The notes under the pieces were generated by a model that made no database searches, was not told the DNA's origin, and saw nothing but the letters and a program-made list of their open reading frames with translations. Below are positions 19,182-29,610 of a stretch of 64,000 bases of DNA, in pieces. The translations under genes were made by a program, and so were the position numbers. This stretch comes from an uncultured Prevotella sp. (GTDB taxonomy: Bacteria > Bacteroidota > Bacteroidia > Bacteroidales > Bacteroidaceae), in the NCBI GenBank assembly GCA_946628315.1, contig CAMOWH010000001.1:939-64938 (forward strand), read 5' to 3'. How positions within the stretch are numbered: the first letter of the stretch is position 1; every line of letters starts with the position of its first letter.

Positions 19182-19898
19182 TTAGTTTTCTATCTCATTG
19201 ATTTCCAGCCTGTAAGACTTACTGCGGTCAGATTCTATTTTGAGATGAGAGTGCTGCTCTATGACTGGTTTCAGTCTGCGGATAAGCGTATAGAGCGTTT
19301 CGCTAGCATCGGGTTTCTTTGGCCAAAGAGCCTCACATATTTCAGCTTTTGCCAGTGTGTGGCGAGGAGACTGAAAGAACATCTGCATTAATTGATGTTG
19401 CATAGGAGTGAGTGGTACTTGTTTGCCATCAGCTGCATAGAATAGTCCTTCTTTTTCCAAGTAAGTAATGCCGCCATAGTGATGGGCCGATGAAATGGGC
19501 GAAATCAACTGACCGCGGGTTGTCATTTGTTGTCTGCGATACCATGTGAACATTGCCCAAAATCCGGTCAACATCCATAGCAGCGCAGCAGGCCGTTGGT
19601 CTGACAAGCTGAAGATTGTAGCCTCGGAGCAATGGGCGTAAGCCATAAACTGTCTGCTGCGTGTATCAACGACTATTGTGGCTCGTCCACGAAGTGCAGC
19701 TATCTGGAGATGACTGTTGAAGGTGCGGATTGTATCTTGGCTGATGACATTACTCTGTTGTTCTTGCATGGTAATGGCTAAAGCCTGGTTCATATCTTCA
19801 CTGACCATTTGACACGTAGACCGATAACAGTCAAGGCTTGTAAGACTCGCAGCAATAATCAGTGCAAAAAGCACAATGATGGCATATTTTTGTTTCAT
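19182..19898 (-). CDS. Membrane-anchored OmpR/PhoB-type winged-helix regulator
   Basis: TM, short extracytoplasmic domain, TM, then LTPMQHQLM...ICEALWP...LYTLIRRLK wHTH; no receiver domain. Confidence 0.8.
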   Translation of the reverse strand: MKQKYAIIVLFALIIAASLTSLDCYRSTCQMVSEDMNQALAITMQEQQSNVISQDTIRTFNSHLQIAALRGRATIVVDTRSRQFMAYAHCSEATIFSLSDQRPAALLWMLTGFWAMFTWYRRQQMTTRGQLISPISSAHHYGGITYLEKEGLFYAADGKQVPLTPMQHQLMQMFFQSPRHTLAKAEICEALWPKKPDASETLYTLIRRLKPVIEQHSHLKIESDRSKSYRLEINEIEN

Positions 19899-20030
19899 AT
19901 TCGTATTGTTTACTTAAAATGCAAAAGTACTCCAATTCTATGAAACATCCAAATCTTTCCAGAACTTTTTTCTAAATAATCGGTGGCAAAGATACGAAAA
20001 AGAAATTAAATTTGTACCTTTGCACGCGTT

Positions 20031-21374
20031 ATGATGGAATGGCAAAGACTGATATCGAACAAAAGGCTGGGGCAGGAGCACCGCCATGTGGAACGGCATG
20101 ACGACCGTACCGAGTTTAAGCGTGACTATGACCGACTGATTTTCTCGGCCCCTTTCCGACGCTTGCAGAACAAGACACAGGTGTTCCCCCTGCCGGGCAG
20201 TGTATTCGTACACAACCGGCTGACGCACTCGCTTGAGGTAGCCAGCGTGGGTATGTCGCTGGGTAATGATGTGTCTGCACGTATCATCAAGGAGAAACGC
20301 CCCGAACTGAAAGGTACCTTATTTGAAGAAATAGGCCAGATTGTGGCTACGGCCTGTCTGGCGCACGACTTGGGCAATCCACCTTTCGGGCACTCTGGCG
20401 AGAAGGCCATCCAAACCTTTTTCACCGAGGGCAACGGACGGCCACTGCAAGAGAAGGTCAGCCCTGAGTTTTGGGGAGACATCACTCACTTTGAAGGTAA
20501 TGCCAACGCCTTCCGGCTGCTCACCCATCAGTTCAAGGGCCGTCGGCCAGGCGGTTTCGTGATGACTTATTCCACTATTGCCAGCATCGTTAAGTATCCC
20601 TTCTCGTCATTGGCACCCAGCAAGAAGGGCAAGTTCGGGTTCTTTGTCAGTGAACAGGAAACTTTCCAGAGACTTGCCGATGAAATGGGTATTATTTGCA
20701 AATCCACGTCAGGTTCTCCCTTGCGTTATGCCCGACATCCACTGGTCTATCTCGTAGAGGCAGCAGATGACATTTGCTACGAAATTATGGACCTGGAGGA
20801 TGCCCATAAGCTGAAAATCCTGACATTTGAGACGGTGTCGCGGCTGTTCCTCGACTTCTTTGATGAGCCTACACAAGAGCACATCTTGAAGCGTATCAGA
20901 GATGAGCAACTGACCGATGAAAACGAGCAGATTGTGTATTTGCGTGCCTGTGTGATCGGTAAGTTGGAAAACGAATGTGTCAATGCTTTTGTAGCACATG
21001 AAGAGGAAATTCTGGCTGGTGAGTTTGAAGGTGGACTCATTGACCATATCAATACCTTGCAACGTGAAGCCTATAGACGGTGTGCCAGCCTGTCAGTGGA
21101 AAAAATCTACAGAAGTCGTCCTGTACTGGATGTGGAACTGTCCGGTTATCAGATTATGGCTACGCTGATGGAGAAGATGACAGAGGCTGTGATGAATCCG
21201 CAGCGTTACTATTCGCAACAACTCATCGGACGTGTGTCATCACAATATGATATTGATGCAGAGGACTTGGAGTCACGGCTGATGGCTGTCATTGACTATA
21301 TCTCAGGCATGACAGATGTATATGCCCTTGATGTGTATCAGAAGATAAATGGTATCTCTCTGCCTATCGTATAG
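20031..21374 (+). CDS. dgt: Deoxyguanosinetriphosphate triphosphohydrolase (HD family dNTPase)
   Basis: RRLQNKTQVF, RLTHSLEV, HDLGNPPFGH, EGNA, ADDICY, DYISGMTD. Confidence 0.93.
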   Translation: MMEWQRLISNKRLGQEHRHVERHDDRTEFKRDYDRLIFSAPFRRLQNKTQVFPLPGSVFVHNRLTHSLEVASVGMSLGNDVSARIIKEKRPELKGTLFEEIGQIVATACLAHDLGNPPFGHSGEKAIQTFFTEGNGRPLQEKVSPEFWGDITHFEGNANAFRLLTHQFKGRRPGGFVMTYSTIASIVKYPFSSLAPSKKGKFGFFVSEQETFQRLADEMGIICKSTSGSPLRYARHPLVYLVEAADDICYEIMDLEDAHKLKILTFETVSRLFLDFFDEPTQEHILKRIRDEQLTDENEQIVYLRACVIGKLENECVNAFVAHEEEILAGEFEGGLIDHINTLQREAYRRCASLSVEKIYRSRPVLDVELSGYQIMATLMEKMTEAVMNPQRYYSQQLIGRVSSQYDIDAEDLESRLMAVIDYISGMTDVYALDVYQKINGISLPIV

Positions 21375-21402
21375 GATAGAGAAGAGAGATGCCATGTTTA
21401 TG

Positions 21403-23613
21403 TTACTTCCATTCTACCTGTAGTTGGTGGAGCATTGTTGTACTTTCACCACATGAACCTGTATGTTGGATATGGATGCCTCCAAAGTCATTGGGTTCTA
21501 CTTTGGCTTTTAGGTCGACCACTTTTGCCAGCGATGAGTCGGCAGGCTGAGGCGTTTCTGTCTCAACGTGGGCAGAAAGCAAATTCCCGGTAAAATCGAT
21601 GGAAATAGTGCAATTTGTACGATAGCAAGTAGACGAAACAGACTCAGAGATAGGCGTGGTCTTGCCGTGGTCGTAGAGTACCAACTGGAAGTCTACGGCT
21701 TTAGCATATTTTGTAGTGCGGATGATACGTAAACCGTAACCCGTTAGCGTCTTGGTGTCGAACTTCAGGCAGACATCCATATACTGACCTGTGGCTGATC
21801 CGAAACCCTGTCCTGCCGTCTTGGTGGGATCTACTTTCAGCACCAATGACATATTCCCATGTTTTTGGGCTATGGGGGTGTACATGAGCCTGGCTCCGCG
21901 CTGAGCTTGTAAAAGCCCCATTCCAACGGCTCCATTGAAACCCTTTCCGTATTCCCACATGGGTTTGTTGTTATCAAATGACCAAGGAAACTCTTCAGTG
22001 TCTTTTGGCTTGTATCCGTCTACCGTCCAATAGCCGGGGAGTACTTGGGACTGCCACTGGCAAGGTAAATCGTGGAAGTCGGTGGACAGAGACGTTAACG
22101 GCTGTATACGTGTTTTTACCTTTTTATTGGTACTGACTTCTTCTCCATAGTTGCTGCGTTGATGCTTTGGAGCAATAATGGCTGTGATGTGTTGTCCTTG
22201 ATCGGCTTCGGTCAGCTGGTAAGTTCGCTCTGGTTTGCCGTTTGAAGTGGCAACGGGAATGCCATTTCTATACCATGTGATGCGCGATTCGTCGCGACGT
22301 CCATCCAGTTGAAGTGTATAATCCAGATAGAGTTGTTGCCCTTCTTGTTTGATTTTGGGTAAACGAGTAAAGGCGGGAGGTGGCAATTGTGAGGGTTTTA
22401 CAAAGATGTGACAAGCTGCTTCACGTTCGTCTTTCGTTGCTGCAATAATGCAGAAATGAACGGTTTCATCGGTATTATTTGTTGGAATGACCGTAGTCTT
22501 GCCAGGTGTCTGTATCAAAGTGGCATATTGCTCATAACCTTTCTCTATATACCAGCGATGAGCCTCGTTAGAACTCAGGACAAGAGTGTCTTGGCCAGTC
22601 TGGAGTGTTGCCTCATGCTGGCTAATATCTAAGAAAGGTGCTTTTTTTAACAAATCGTTTAAGTATGCTGGTTGGAGTGTGTTTTGAGGCTGTTGCTGAC
22701 CGATAGTGTAGGGTCGCCCGTTGAGTGTGAAGTTCTTTTGGTAACACCGTAACCATGGTTGTGGATAGGCAGTCCAGCCAATATAGACGCTATCTGATGG
22801 TGCCAAGAAGCGGCAGTCAATGACGGTGACGGGGCCGCCTTGTTTACAGAAGTAGAGTTCACGATTGTTACTTTTCGCATTAAAAAGACAATTGATAAAT
22901 AAAGGGCCGGCGCCACGCGTGCTCCAGAAAGGTTTCTGACCATAGAAGTCAAAGTTGCAGTCGCGATAGATGGCAGTACCATTCAGGGCATCATCGGTGC
23001 ATTCGAAATGGCAGTCTTCATAGTAGGAATAACGGGCACCGTTCAGAGGATTCAGGTTCAGTCGGCTGATGAAACGCACGCGCCAAGCCGTAAGGGTATC
23101 ACCGTGAACATATCCAATGTGAGCCTGTGTGATGGCATCAGAGCGTTTTGGCCGATTTAATCGTGGGTTCTTAGGATATATGAGGTCTACATTGCAGTAG
23201 TTGCCCATAGTTAGATTTTCGACGTTCAGATTCTTGACCCAGAAGTCGAACATGGTAAAGTTGCCTACTGCTCCTTGCGTCTGTCCACGCTGTGAGGCCA
23301 ATACGACCTCTTCAGGAGCCAGTCCCTGCCCTATGAGGGTCAGGTGTGGGCAGTGTATAGTCATGCCAAAAGGTTCCCGTCCGTCTTTTCCGGTCTTGAT
23401 AGTAGGATCGTCTGGGTCGTCAATCCAGTAGACTCCTGGGCGGATATAAACGGTGATTCCATCGATGAAATGGTTGCTTGCTTCTTGAAAGGTCTGATAG
23501 GTGAACGGGGTGTTGGCTGTAGCCTTAGTATCCACCATGATGTGAAGACTGTCAAGCTGCTGGGCACAAACTAACAGGGGCATAATTGTCCCTAATAATA
23601 AAAGTTTTCTCAT
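21403..23613 (-). CDS. Secreted protein with a pectinesterase-like beta-helix N-terminal region
   Basis: Signal peptide; TFQEA...IRPGVY, ENLTMGN, YYEDCHFE, YRDCNF pattern; additional C-terminal beta domains. Confidence 0.5.
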   Translation of the reverse strand: MRKLLLLGTIMPLLVCAQQLDSLHIMVDTKATANTPFTYQTFQEASNHFIDGITVYIRPGVYWIDDPDDPTIKTGKDGREPFGMTIHCPHLTLIGQGLAPEEVVLASQRGQTQGAVGNFTMFDFWVKNLNVENLTMGNYCNVDLIYPKNPRLNRPKRSDAITQAHIGYVHGDTLTAWRVRFISRLNLNPLNGARYSYYEDCHFECTDDALNGTAIYRDCNFDFYGQKPFWSTRGAGPLFINCLFNAKSNNRELYFCKQGGPVTVIDCRFLAPSDSVYIGWTAYPQPWLRCYQKNFTLNGRPYTIGQQQPQNTLQPAYLNDLLKKAPFLDISQHEATLQTGQDTLVLSSNEAHRWYIEKGYEQYATLIQTPGKTTVIPTNNTDETVHFCIIAATKDEREAACHIFVKPSQLPPPAFTRLPKIKQEGQQLYLDYTLQLDGRRDESRITWYRNGIPVATSNGKPERTYQLTEADQGQHITAIIAPKHQRSNYGEEVSTNKKVKTRIQPLTSLSTDFHDLPCQWQSQVLPGYWTVDGYKPKDTEEFPWSFDNNKPMWEYGKGFNGAVGMGLLQAQRGARLMYTPIAQKHGNMSLVLKVDPTKTAGQGFGSATGQYMDVCLKFDTKTLTGYGLRIIRTTKYAKAVDFQLVLYDHGKTTPISESVSSTCYRTNCTISIDFTGNLLSAHVETETPQPADSSLAKVVDLKAKVEPNDFGGIHIQHTGSCGESTTMLHQLQVEWK

Positions 23614-23631
23614 GTGAGTCAGTTTTAGTTT

Positions 23632-24624
23632 TTAGTCTTTATCTTTGTATATGATCTTGTTGGCACCAGAAGTAATTTTCAGTTCGTCGCGGTGCTCCTG
23701 GATGAAGGAGTCAATGTGACGTTTGCGCTTGCTTTCGAAGATTTCATCAATGGCTATGAGGATGCCTGTTTCTTCTACGTCACCAAAGCCGTAGTTGATA
23801 GCTGTACCGAAGAGTTTCATAGTTGGAGACAGACACATATAGGCATTTACCAATGGTGGAATGTTGTAGCCCATCTTTCGGATTTCGCTATTCAGAATCA
23901 AATAATCTTCCTTGAAGGTATGGCCTCTGAACAGCTGTTCCAATTCGCGTACGTCGGTTTCCAGTTTTAGCGGTTTCAACGGAAGAATGAGGCGCTCTTT
24001 GTCATCAAAGTGTTTTCTCAGGAAGTAGAGAATCATGTCACGCCCCTTGCGGATGTAGGAGGGATACATGGTCATCTTGCCGAAGTAGTATTTGATGTCA
24101 GGGCGTATGACGGGAATGGCTCCGAGACCGTCCCATAGGTTGTCGAGAGCGAAGAGGCTTTTTGCACCCATGCGCGATGACTGATAAGGCAGCGAGACGA
24201 ATGAGCGTCCTAACTCGACGGTCTGCGGTGCGTAGTTGCGGATGAATTTCTCTGAGAAATGGAACATGTGGCTGGTGGCGAGGATGGGCTGTCCGTTGCT
24301 GTCATACTCCCAATCTGTCCCTAACAGATAGCGGTAGCCTCCGATTATCTCTTCCTCGTCAGGGTTCCACACTATGAGTTGCTTGTAGCAATTGTCGCAT
24401 GTATCGAACTCGTCGATATCGGCCTCCTTGCCAGTGCCACCTCCAGCTTCACGAAAGGCAATTTCGCGCAGACGACCAATTTCCTGCATCACATTGGGTG
24501 CATTGTGTGCTGTGATGATGAAAATCTGATTGTTGCTCTTGTTGGTCATGCGTAACTGCTTGTCGGGCGTCAGTTCGCTCTTCAGCAGTTCTTTGCTAAT
24601 GGGAGAGATAATCGGTTGCTCCAT
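23632..24624 (-). CDS. GNAT N-acyltransferase, glycine-lipid synthase GlsB/ChoA-like
   Basis: EIGRLREIAFR, DIDEFD, ELGRSFV, IPPLVNAY (OlsB-like); paired with an acyltransferase next to the dcw cluster. Confidence 0.8.
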   Translation of the reverse strand: MEQPIISPISKELLKSELTPDKQLRMTNKSNNQIFIITAHNAPNVMQEIGRLREIAFREAGGGTGKEADIDEFDTCDNCYKQLIVWNPDEEEIIGGYRYLLGTDWEYDSNGQPILATSHMFHFSEKFIRNYAPQTVELGRSFVSLPYQSSRMGAKSLFALDNLWDGLGAIPVIRPDIKYYFGKMTMYPSYIRKGRDMILYFLRKHFDDKERLILPLKPLKLETDVRELEQLFRGHTFKEDYLILNSEIRKMGYNIPPLVNAYMCLSPTMKLFGTAINYGFGDVEETGILIAIDEIFESKRKRHIDSFIQEHRDELKITSGANKIIYKDKD

Positions 24625-24642
24625 CTTGTTCTTTTAGTTTTG

Positions 24643-25458
24643 TTATAGGGAGTAGACTGTGTCTTGAACGAATTTAGCCCATTCTATCGGAGTTCGGCTC
24701 TTGTCGAAGGTCTGCCAAGGAATGGGCTTTCCAATCTTCACCTCGAAGGTCTTGCCCACATTCTTGTACATCTCGTCGACCAAGAAGAGCATTGCTAAGT
24801 TGAAGGGTAGGAATCGGTCAGAGAAATTGGCCAAACGGTAGAAAAACTTGGAATTCTGTCCGCTGAAATGAATTGGTACGACATCGCGCTGGAACTCCAC
24901 GCTTTTAGTGATAAAGGTTTTTGACCAGGGAATATCGCGGATGATGCCATGATGTTTGCGTGAGCAGATTCCAGCCGGATACATCAGCATATGGCAGTTA
25001 CTCTCAAAACCGGCTTTCACCATAGCGGGGAAGTTTCGGCTTTGGCGTCCTGTCTTGTTGATGGGTATGCAGAGGGGAGCCAGTCCTGGCAGGTTCATGA
25101 GCAGGTCATTGACCAGATAGCGGAAGCGTGAGTCGTAGTGACGTCCAATGATGGCCCCCAAAGCAACACCGTCTTCTCCACCAAGAGGGTGATTGGAAAC
25201 AAAGGTGTATAGTTTTCCATCCTGTGGGTCGGGCAGGTTCTCCCGTCCTTTGATTACCAATGTCATGCGCAGATAGCGTACACACTCTTCCAGCCAGTCG
25301 GTGCCTGTCTTGTCGCGAGATTCCCACAGAAATTGGTTAACCTCATCCTGATGGACAATGTGCTTCAGCCAGCTGATAAGCGGGCGGGGCACCCACTTGG
25401 CCTTATCCCCCATCTTGCTATGCAGAATGTAGTCAATGTCTATCGTTTTTTCTGTCAT
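24643..25458 (-). CDS. PlsC-type O-acyltransferase, GlsA/ChoB-like
   Basis: NHPLGGED (HX4D), YPAG, VVPIHF motifs. Confidence 0.82.
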   Translation of the reverse strand: MTEKTIDIDYILHSKMGDKAKWVPRPLISWLKHIVHQDEVNQFLWESRDKTGTDWLEECVRYLRMTLVIKGRENLPDPQDGKLYTFVSNHPLGGEDGVALGAIIGRHYDSRFRYLVNDLLMNLPGLAPLCIPINKTGRQSRNFPAMVKAGFESNCHMLMYPAGICSRKHHGIIRDIPWSKTFITKSVEFQRDVVPIHFSGQNSKFFYRLANFSDRFLPFNLAMLFLVDEMYKNVGKTFEVKIGKPIPWQTFDKSRTPIEWAKFVQDTVYSL

Positions 25459-25586
25459 TTGAACCATAAAATTCTCTCGTTTTTTCACAAACCACGTGCA
25501 AAGTTAATGAAAAGTTCGGGAAACGGATGCACTTTTTAGGAAAAAATGTGCAAAATCTGACTTTTAAAGAATATTCACTAAAAAAA

Positions 25587-25611
25587 GTGGAGAAAAGTGG
25601 GGGATTGTGGG
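25587..25611 (+). promoter_or_regulatory. MraZ-binding direct repeats
   Basis: GTGG(G/A) at 25587, 25597 and 25607 (10-bp period), just upstream of TATCTTTG at 25622-25629 and mraZ. Confidence 0.8.
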
Positions 25612-25660
25612 GGGAAATGATTATCTTTGCACCCAAAAGCAAAAAAGAAAATAAGTACAC

Positions 25661-26113
25661 ATGCGTTTTTTAGGGAATATAGAAGCCAAAATGGACACTA
25701 AGGGACGTGCCTTCCTGCCTGCAGCCTTTCGTAAGGTGCTACAAGCCGGGGGAGAGGAGCGCTTGGTGTTGCGCAAGGATGTGTTTCAGCCTTGTCTGGT
25801 GCTCTATCCTGAAAGCGTGTGGAACGAACAGATGGACTTGATGCGCTCGAAGTTGAACCGATGGAACAAACAGCAACAGGAAGTGTTCCGCAAATTTGTC
25901 TCCGAGGTTGAGGTACTGATGCTGGATGGCAATGGGCGTTTCCTGATTCCTAAGCGCTATCAGCGTATGGCAAATATCGAACAAGACATTAAGTTTACGG
26001 GAATGGGTGATACCATTGAAATCTGGAGTGTTCAGAAGGCTGAAGAACAGCAGATGACAGCAGAGGAATTCGGGCAGGCCCTTGAAGAACTGATAGGAGG
26101 TGAAACGCTATGA
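25661..26113 (+). CDS. mraZ: Division/cell-wall cluster repressor MraZ
   Basis: Two DxKGR/DGNGR motifs, IEIW; first gene of the dcw cluster. Confidence 0.95.
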   Translation: MRFLGNIEAKMDTKGRAFLPAAFRKVLQAGGEERLVLRKDVFQPCLVLYPESVWNEQMDLMRSKLNRWNKQQQEVFRKFVSEVEVLMLDGNGRFLIPKRYQRMANIEQDIKFTGMGDTIEIWSVQKAEEQQMTAEEFGQALEELIGGETL

Positions 26114-27018
26114 CAACGGCCGACACATATCACGTTCCTGTACTCCTGAAGGAGAGTGTCGATGGGCTGGATATCCAGCCCGACGGTGTTTATGTAGACG
26201 TCACTTTCGGTGGTGGTGGTCATTCCAGGGAGATTCTCTCACGGCTGGGCAGGAAGGGGCATTTGTATAGCTTTGACCAGGATGCCGATGCGGAGAAAAA
26301 TATAGTTGCAGATGACAGATTTACCTTTGTCAGGAGCAACTTTAGGTATATCGCACAATGGATGCGCTACTATGGTGTAGAACAAATCAACGGGTTGTTG
26401 GGTGACCTCGGAGTGTCGAGTCATCATTTCGACGACGAGACGCGCGGCTTCTCTTTCCGTTTTGATGCACCACTGGACATGCGTATGAACAAAAGAGCCG
26501 GACAGACGGCTGCTGACGTGTTGAACAACTATACGGAAGAACAGTTGGCCGATGTGTTTTATCTGTACGGTGAACTGAAGAGTGGTCGCCGGCTGGCTAA
26601 GGCTATTGTCGACTATCGGAAAGAAAAGCCAGTGCGGACGACGGCTGATCTGGGCGAGGTGGTAGAACCACTGATGCGTTCGGAGCGTGAGAAGAAAGAC
26701 TTAGCGCGGGTGTATCAAGCCCTCCGTATAGAGGTCAACCACGAGATGGACGCTTTGCGGGATATGTTGAAGGGCGCTACTCGGCTGCTCGGCATGGGCG
26801 GACGGCTCAGCATCATTACTTATCACTCGCTGGAAGACCGCATCGTGAAGAATATGATGAAAGCCGGTAATGTGGAAGGGCGTGTTGAACAGGACTTCTA
26901 CGGTCGTATCACGTCACCATTCCGTTTAGTGAACAAGCTGACGACACCCAGTGACGACGAACAGCAGCGCAACCCCCGTAGTCGCAGTGCCAAACTTAGG
27001 ATAGCAGAAAAGGTATAG
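26110..27018 (+). CDS. rsmH: 16S rRNA C1402 N4-methyltransferase
   Basis: HVPVLL, DVTFGGGGHS, DLGVSS, LDMRM, NPRSRSAKLR. Confidence 0.97.
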   Translation: MTTADTYHVPVLLKESVDGLDIQPDGVYVDVTFGGGGHSREILSRLGRKGHLYSFDQDADAEKNIVADDRFTFVRSNFRYIAQWMRYYGVEQINGLLGDLGVSSHHFDDETRGFSFRFDAPLDMRMNKRAGQTAADVLNNYTEEQLADVFYLYGELKSGRRLAKAIVDYRKEKPVRTTADLGEVVEPLMRSEREKKDLARVYQALRIEVNHEMDALRDMLKGATRLLGMGGRLSIITYHSLEDRIVKNMMKAGNVEGRVEQDFYGRITSPFRLVNKLTTPSDDEQQRNPRSRSAKLRIAEKV

Positions 27019-27022
27019 CCAC

Positions 27023-27472
27023 ATGGAAGAAGAGAAGATAGAATTACAAGAAGAAAAGAAGCAAGAAAAGACAGAGTCGAAAGACGAGAAACTGAAGGAG
27101 ACACTTCAGAGACTCAGGGAGACGGCCAGCGAGGAAGACCCTAAGCCTTCCAGCCAGTTGACTCTACGCACGATTCTGGGTGGCGACTTGCTGACTACTG
27201 ATGTGGTGCGCTCGCAGATTTGGCTGTTTGTGCTCATAGTGGCTTTCGCTATTGTCTATGTGGCTTTCCGTTACCAGTGTCAGCAGGACATGATTGCCAT
27301 CGACAAGTTGGAGAGAGACCTGATGGACGCTAAATTCAAGGCACTCTCGTCGTCCAGTACCTTGACGGAGAAATGCCGTGAGAGCCATGTGTTGGATATA
27401 CTCAAACAAAATCAGGATTCACTGCTGCATCAGGCAGACCAGCCACCTTATATAATAGAAGTACCCGAATAA
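27023..27472 (+). CDS. ftsL: FtsL-like cell division protein
   Basis: Single TM plus coiled coil, between rsmH and the PBP gene. Confidence 0.75.
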   Translation: MEEEKIELQEEKKQEKTESKDEKLKETLQRLRETASEEDPKPSSQLTLRTILGGDLLTTDVVRSQIWLFVLIVAFAIVYVAFRYQCQQDMIAIDKLERDLMDAKFKALSSSSTLTEKCRESHVLDILKQNQDSLLHQADQPPYIIEVPE

Positions 27473-27484
27473 GTGGAGTAAAGA

Positions 27485-29581
27485 ATGAGCAAGTTTAACA
27501 ACGAGAAAGTAATGCCGCGCTACATGGCGATAGCTATCGTCATGACACTCATTGGTTTTGCCGTCATTGGTAAGGCTCTCTACATTATGACGGCCAAGAA
27601 GCAATACTGGACGGAGGTGGCTGACCGACTGAAGCGTGACTCAGTCAGCGTGAAACCCACTCGTGGCAACATTCTCAGTTGTGACGGACAGCTGATGGCT
27701 ACCTCGATACCTGAATACAAAATTTTTATGGACTTTCAGGGTGCAGCCTTTGAAAACGACTCGCTGTGGCTGGATAAGGTTGACAGCATCTGTGAAGGGC
27801 TCAACAGGATCTTCCCTCAGCGTACGGCAGCTGAGTTCAAACAGCATCTGGAAGCCGGTCGGCACAAGGTCAACAAGAACGGATCGGTGGGAGCCCGCCA
27901 CTGGGCTATCTGGCCCCGACGTATCAACTACAATACCTATATGGAAGTCAGACAGCTGCCATTCTTGAATATGCCTAAATATAAGAGTGGTTTCCATGAG
28001 GAGGAGTTCAACTCCAGAAACCGCCCGTTTGGTTCGCTGGCACAGCGTACCGTTGGAGGCCTCTACGGCGCCAAGGACTCTGCCTATTTTGGCTTGGAAC
28101 TCTCCTATGACTCCATCCTCCGTGGGACGCCGGGTATCACGGGCCGTCGCAAGGTGCTGAACAAGTATATGAACATCCCTGTCACCCTGCCTATTGACGG
28201 GTGTGACATTGTGACCACCATTGACGTGAATATGCAGGACTTGGCAGAGCGTGCCCTGCTTGACGAACTGAAAGAGGTGAACGGTGAAATGGGTGTGGCA
28301 ATCCTGATGGAGGTGGAAACCGGTGATGTCAAGGCCATCGTCAATCTGTTGAGAAATGAGGACGGACGGTATATTGAGGGTGTGAACTCTGCCATCAGCT
28401 ATCGTTGTGAACCAGGTTCGGTATTCAAGGTAGCCTCATTTCTAGTCGCTTTGGACGACGAGGTGGTAGACACAAATTTCGTGATTCATACGGGCAGTGG
28501 TGTGATGGAGATGCACGGCCGTCCGATGAAGGACCACAACTGGCGTCGCGGTGGTTATCAGGACATCAATGTGGCCCGTGCCTTGGAAGTCAGTTCGAAC
28601 ATTGGCGTCAGCTACGTGATAGACAAGTGTTATGGCAGCAATCCGGAACGCTACGTCAAGGGACTCTACCGCGTCGGTATCCATGAAGACCTGAAACTCC
28701 CGTTGGTGGGTTATCATTCACCGTATATCCGTATGCCGGACACCAAGACCACTGACCGGTCGAAGTATTGGAGTAAGACCACACTGCCGTGGATGTCCAT
28801 TGGCTATGAGACCCAGATAGCACCTATCAACACGGTGGCTTTCTATAATGCGATTGCCAATAATGGCAAGATGATGCAGCCGCGGTTTGTCAAGCAGGTG
28901 CTCAAGGATGGCGAGGTCATCAAAGAGTTTGAACCAGTGGTACTGAAGCGTCAGATTGCGAGACCTAAGGCACTGAAGACCATGCAGACCATTCTGGAGC
29001 ATGTGGTCAGTCAGGGTTTGGGTCGTAAGGCTGGCTCGAAGTTATTCAAGGTAGCAGGAAAGACGGGTACGGCCCAGGTGGCTGACCAGTATGGCAGCTA
29101 TCACTCAGGTATTACCCGCTATTGGCTCTCGTTTGCTGGTTATTTCCCTGCAGATAATCCACGTTATTCTTGTATCGTGTGTATCAAAAAGTCAGGTCTG
29201 CCTGCTTCCGGTGGTGGAATGAGTGGTGTCGTTTTCCATCATATTGCAGAAGGAGTGATGGCCCGTAACCTCAAAATGAGTGTGGAGGATGCCCATGATG
29301 AGTACTCGGTGACCATTCCCGATGTCAAGACCGGCAACTCAAAATATGCCAACCAAGTGTTGAAACAGTTGGGCGTGAACAAGCGTATGCCCCAGGATGC
29401 GAAGTATCGTCAGGACGTCGCCCCCGATGTAACAGGTATGGGTGCCAAAGATGCGGTCTATATGTTAGAAACTCGTGGCTTGAAGGTGAAACTTCACGGG
29501 CGTGGCATGGTTAGGAAGCAGAGCTACCCTGCGGGCAAGGAGATTGTGAAGGGGAGTGAGTGCATATTGACTTTGGAATAG
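27485..29581 (+). CDS. ftsI: Class B penicillin-binding protein with C-terminal PASTA domain
   Basis: RGNI, EPGSVFK (SxxK), SSN, KTGT motifs. Confidence 0.9.
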   Translation: MSKFNNEKVMPRYMAIAIVMTLIGFAVIGKALYIMTAKKQYWTEVADRLKRDSVSVKPTRGNILSCDGQLMATSIPEYKIFMDFQGAAFENDSLWLDKVDSICEGLNRIFPQRTAAEFKQHLEAGRHKVNKNGSVGARHWAIWPRRINYNTYMEVRQLPFLNMPKYKSGFHEEEFNSRNRPFGSLAQRTVGGLYGAKDSAYFGLELSYDSILRGTPGITGRRKVLNKYMNIPVTLPIDGCDIVTTIDVNMQDLAERALLDELKEVNGEMGVAILMEVETGDVKAIVNLLRNEDGRYIEGVNSAISYRCEPGSVFKVASFLVALDDEVVDTNFVIHTGSGVMEMHGRPMKDHNWRRGGYQDINVARALEVSSNIGVSYVIDKCYGSNPERYVKGLYRVGIHEDLKLPLVGYHSPYIRMPDTKTTDRSKYWSKTTLPWMSIGYETQIAPINTVAFYNAIANNGKMMQPRFVKQVLKDGEVIKEFEPVVLKRQIARPKALKTMQTILEHVVSQGLGRKAGSKLFKVAGKTGTAQVADQYGSYHSGITRYWLSFAGYFPADNPRYSCIVCIKKSGLPASGGGMSGVVFHHIAEGVMARNLKMSVEDAHDEYSVTIPDVKTGNSKYANQVLKQLGVNKRMPQDAKYRQDVAPDVTGMGAKDAVYMLETRGLKVKLHGRGMVRKQSYPAGKEIVKGSECILTLE

Positions 29582-29610
29582 AACTCAATAAATATAATAA
29601 TAAGGTATAT

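Noticed and set aside
20031-21374. dGTPase as an antiphage gene
   Set aside because: Core-genome context with no defence-island neighbours
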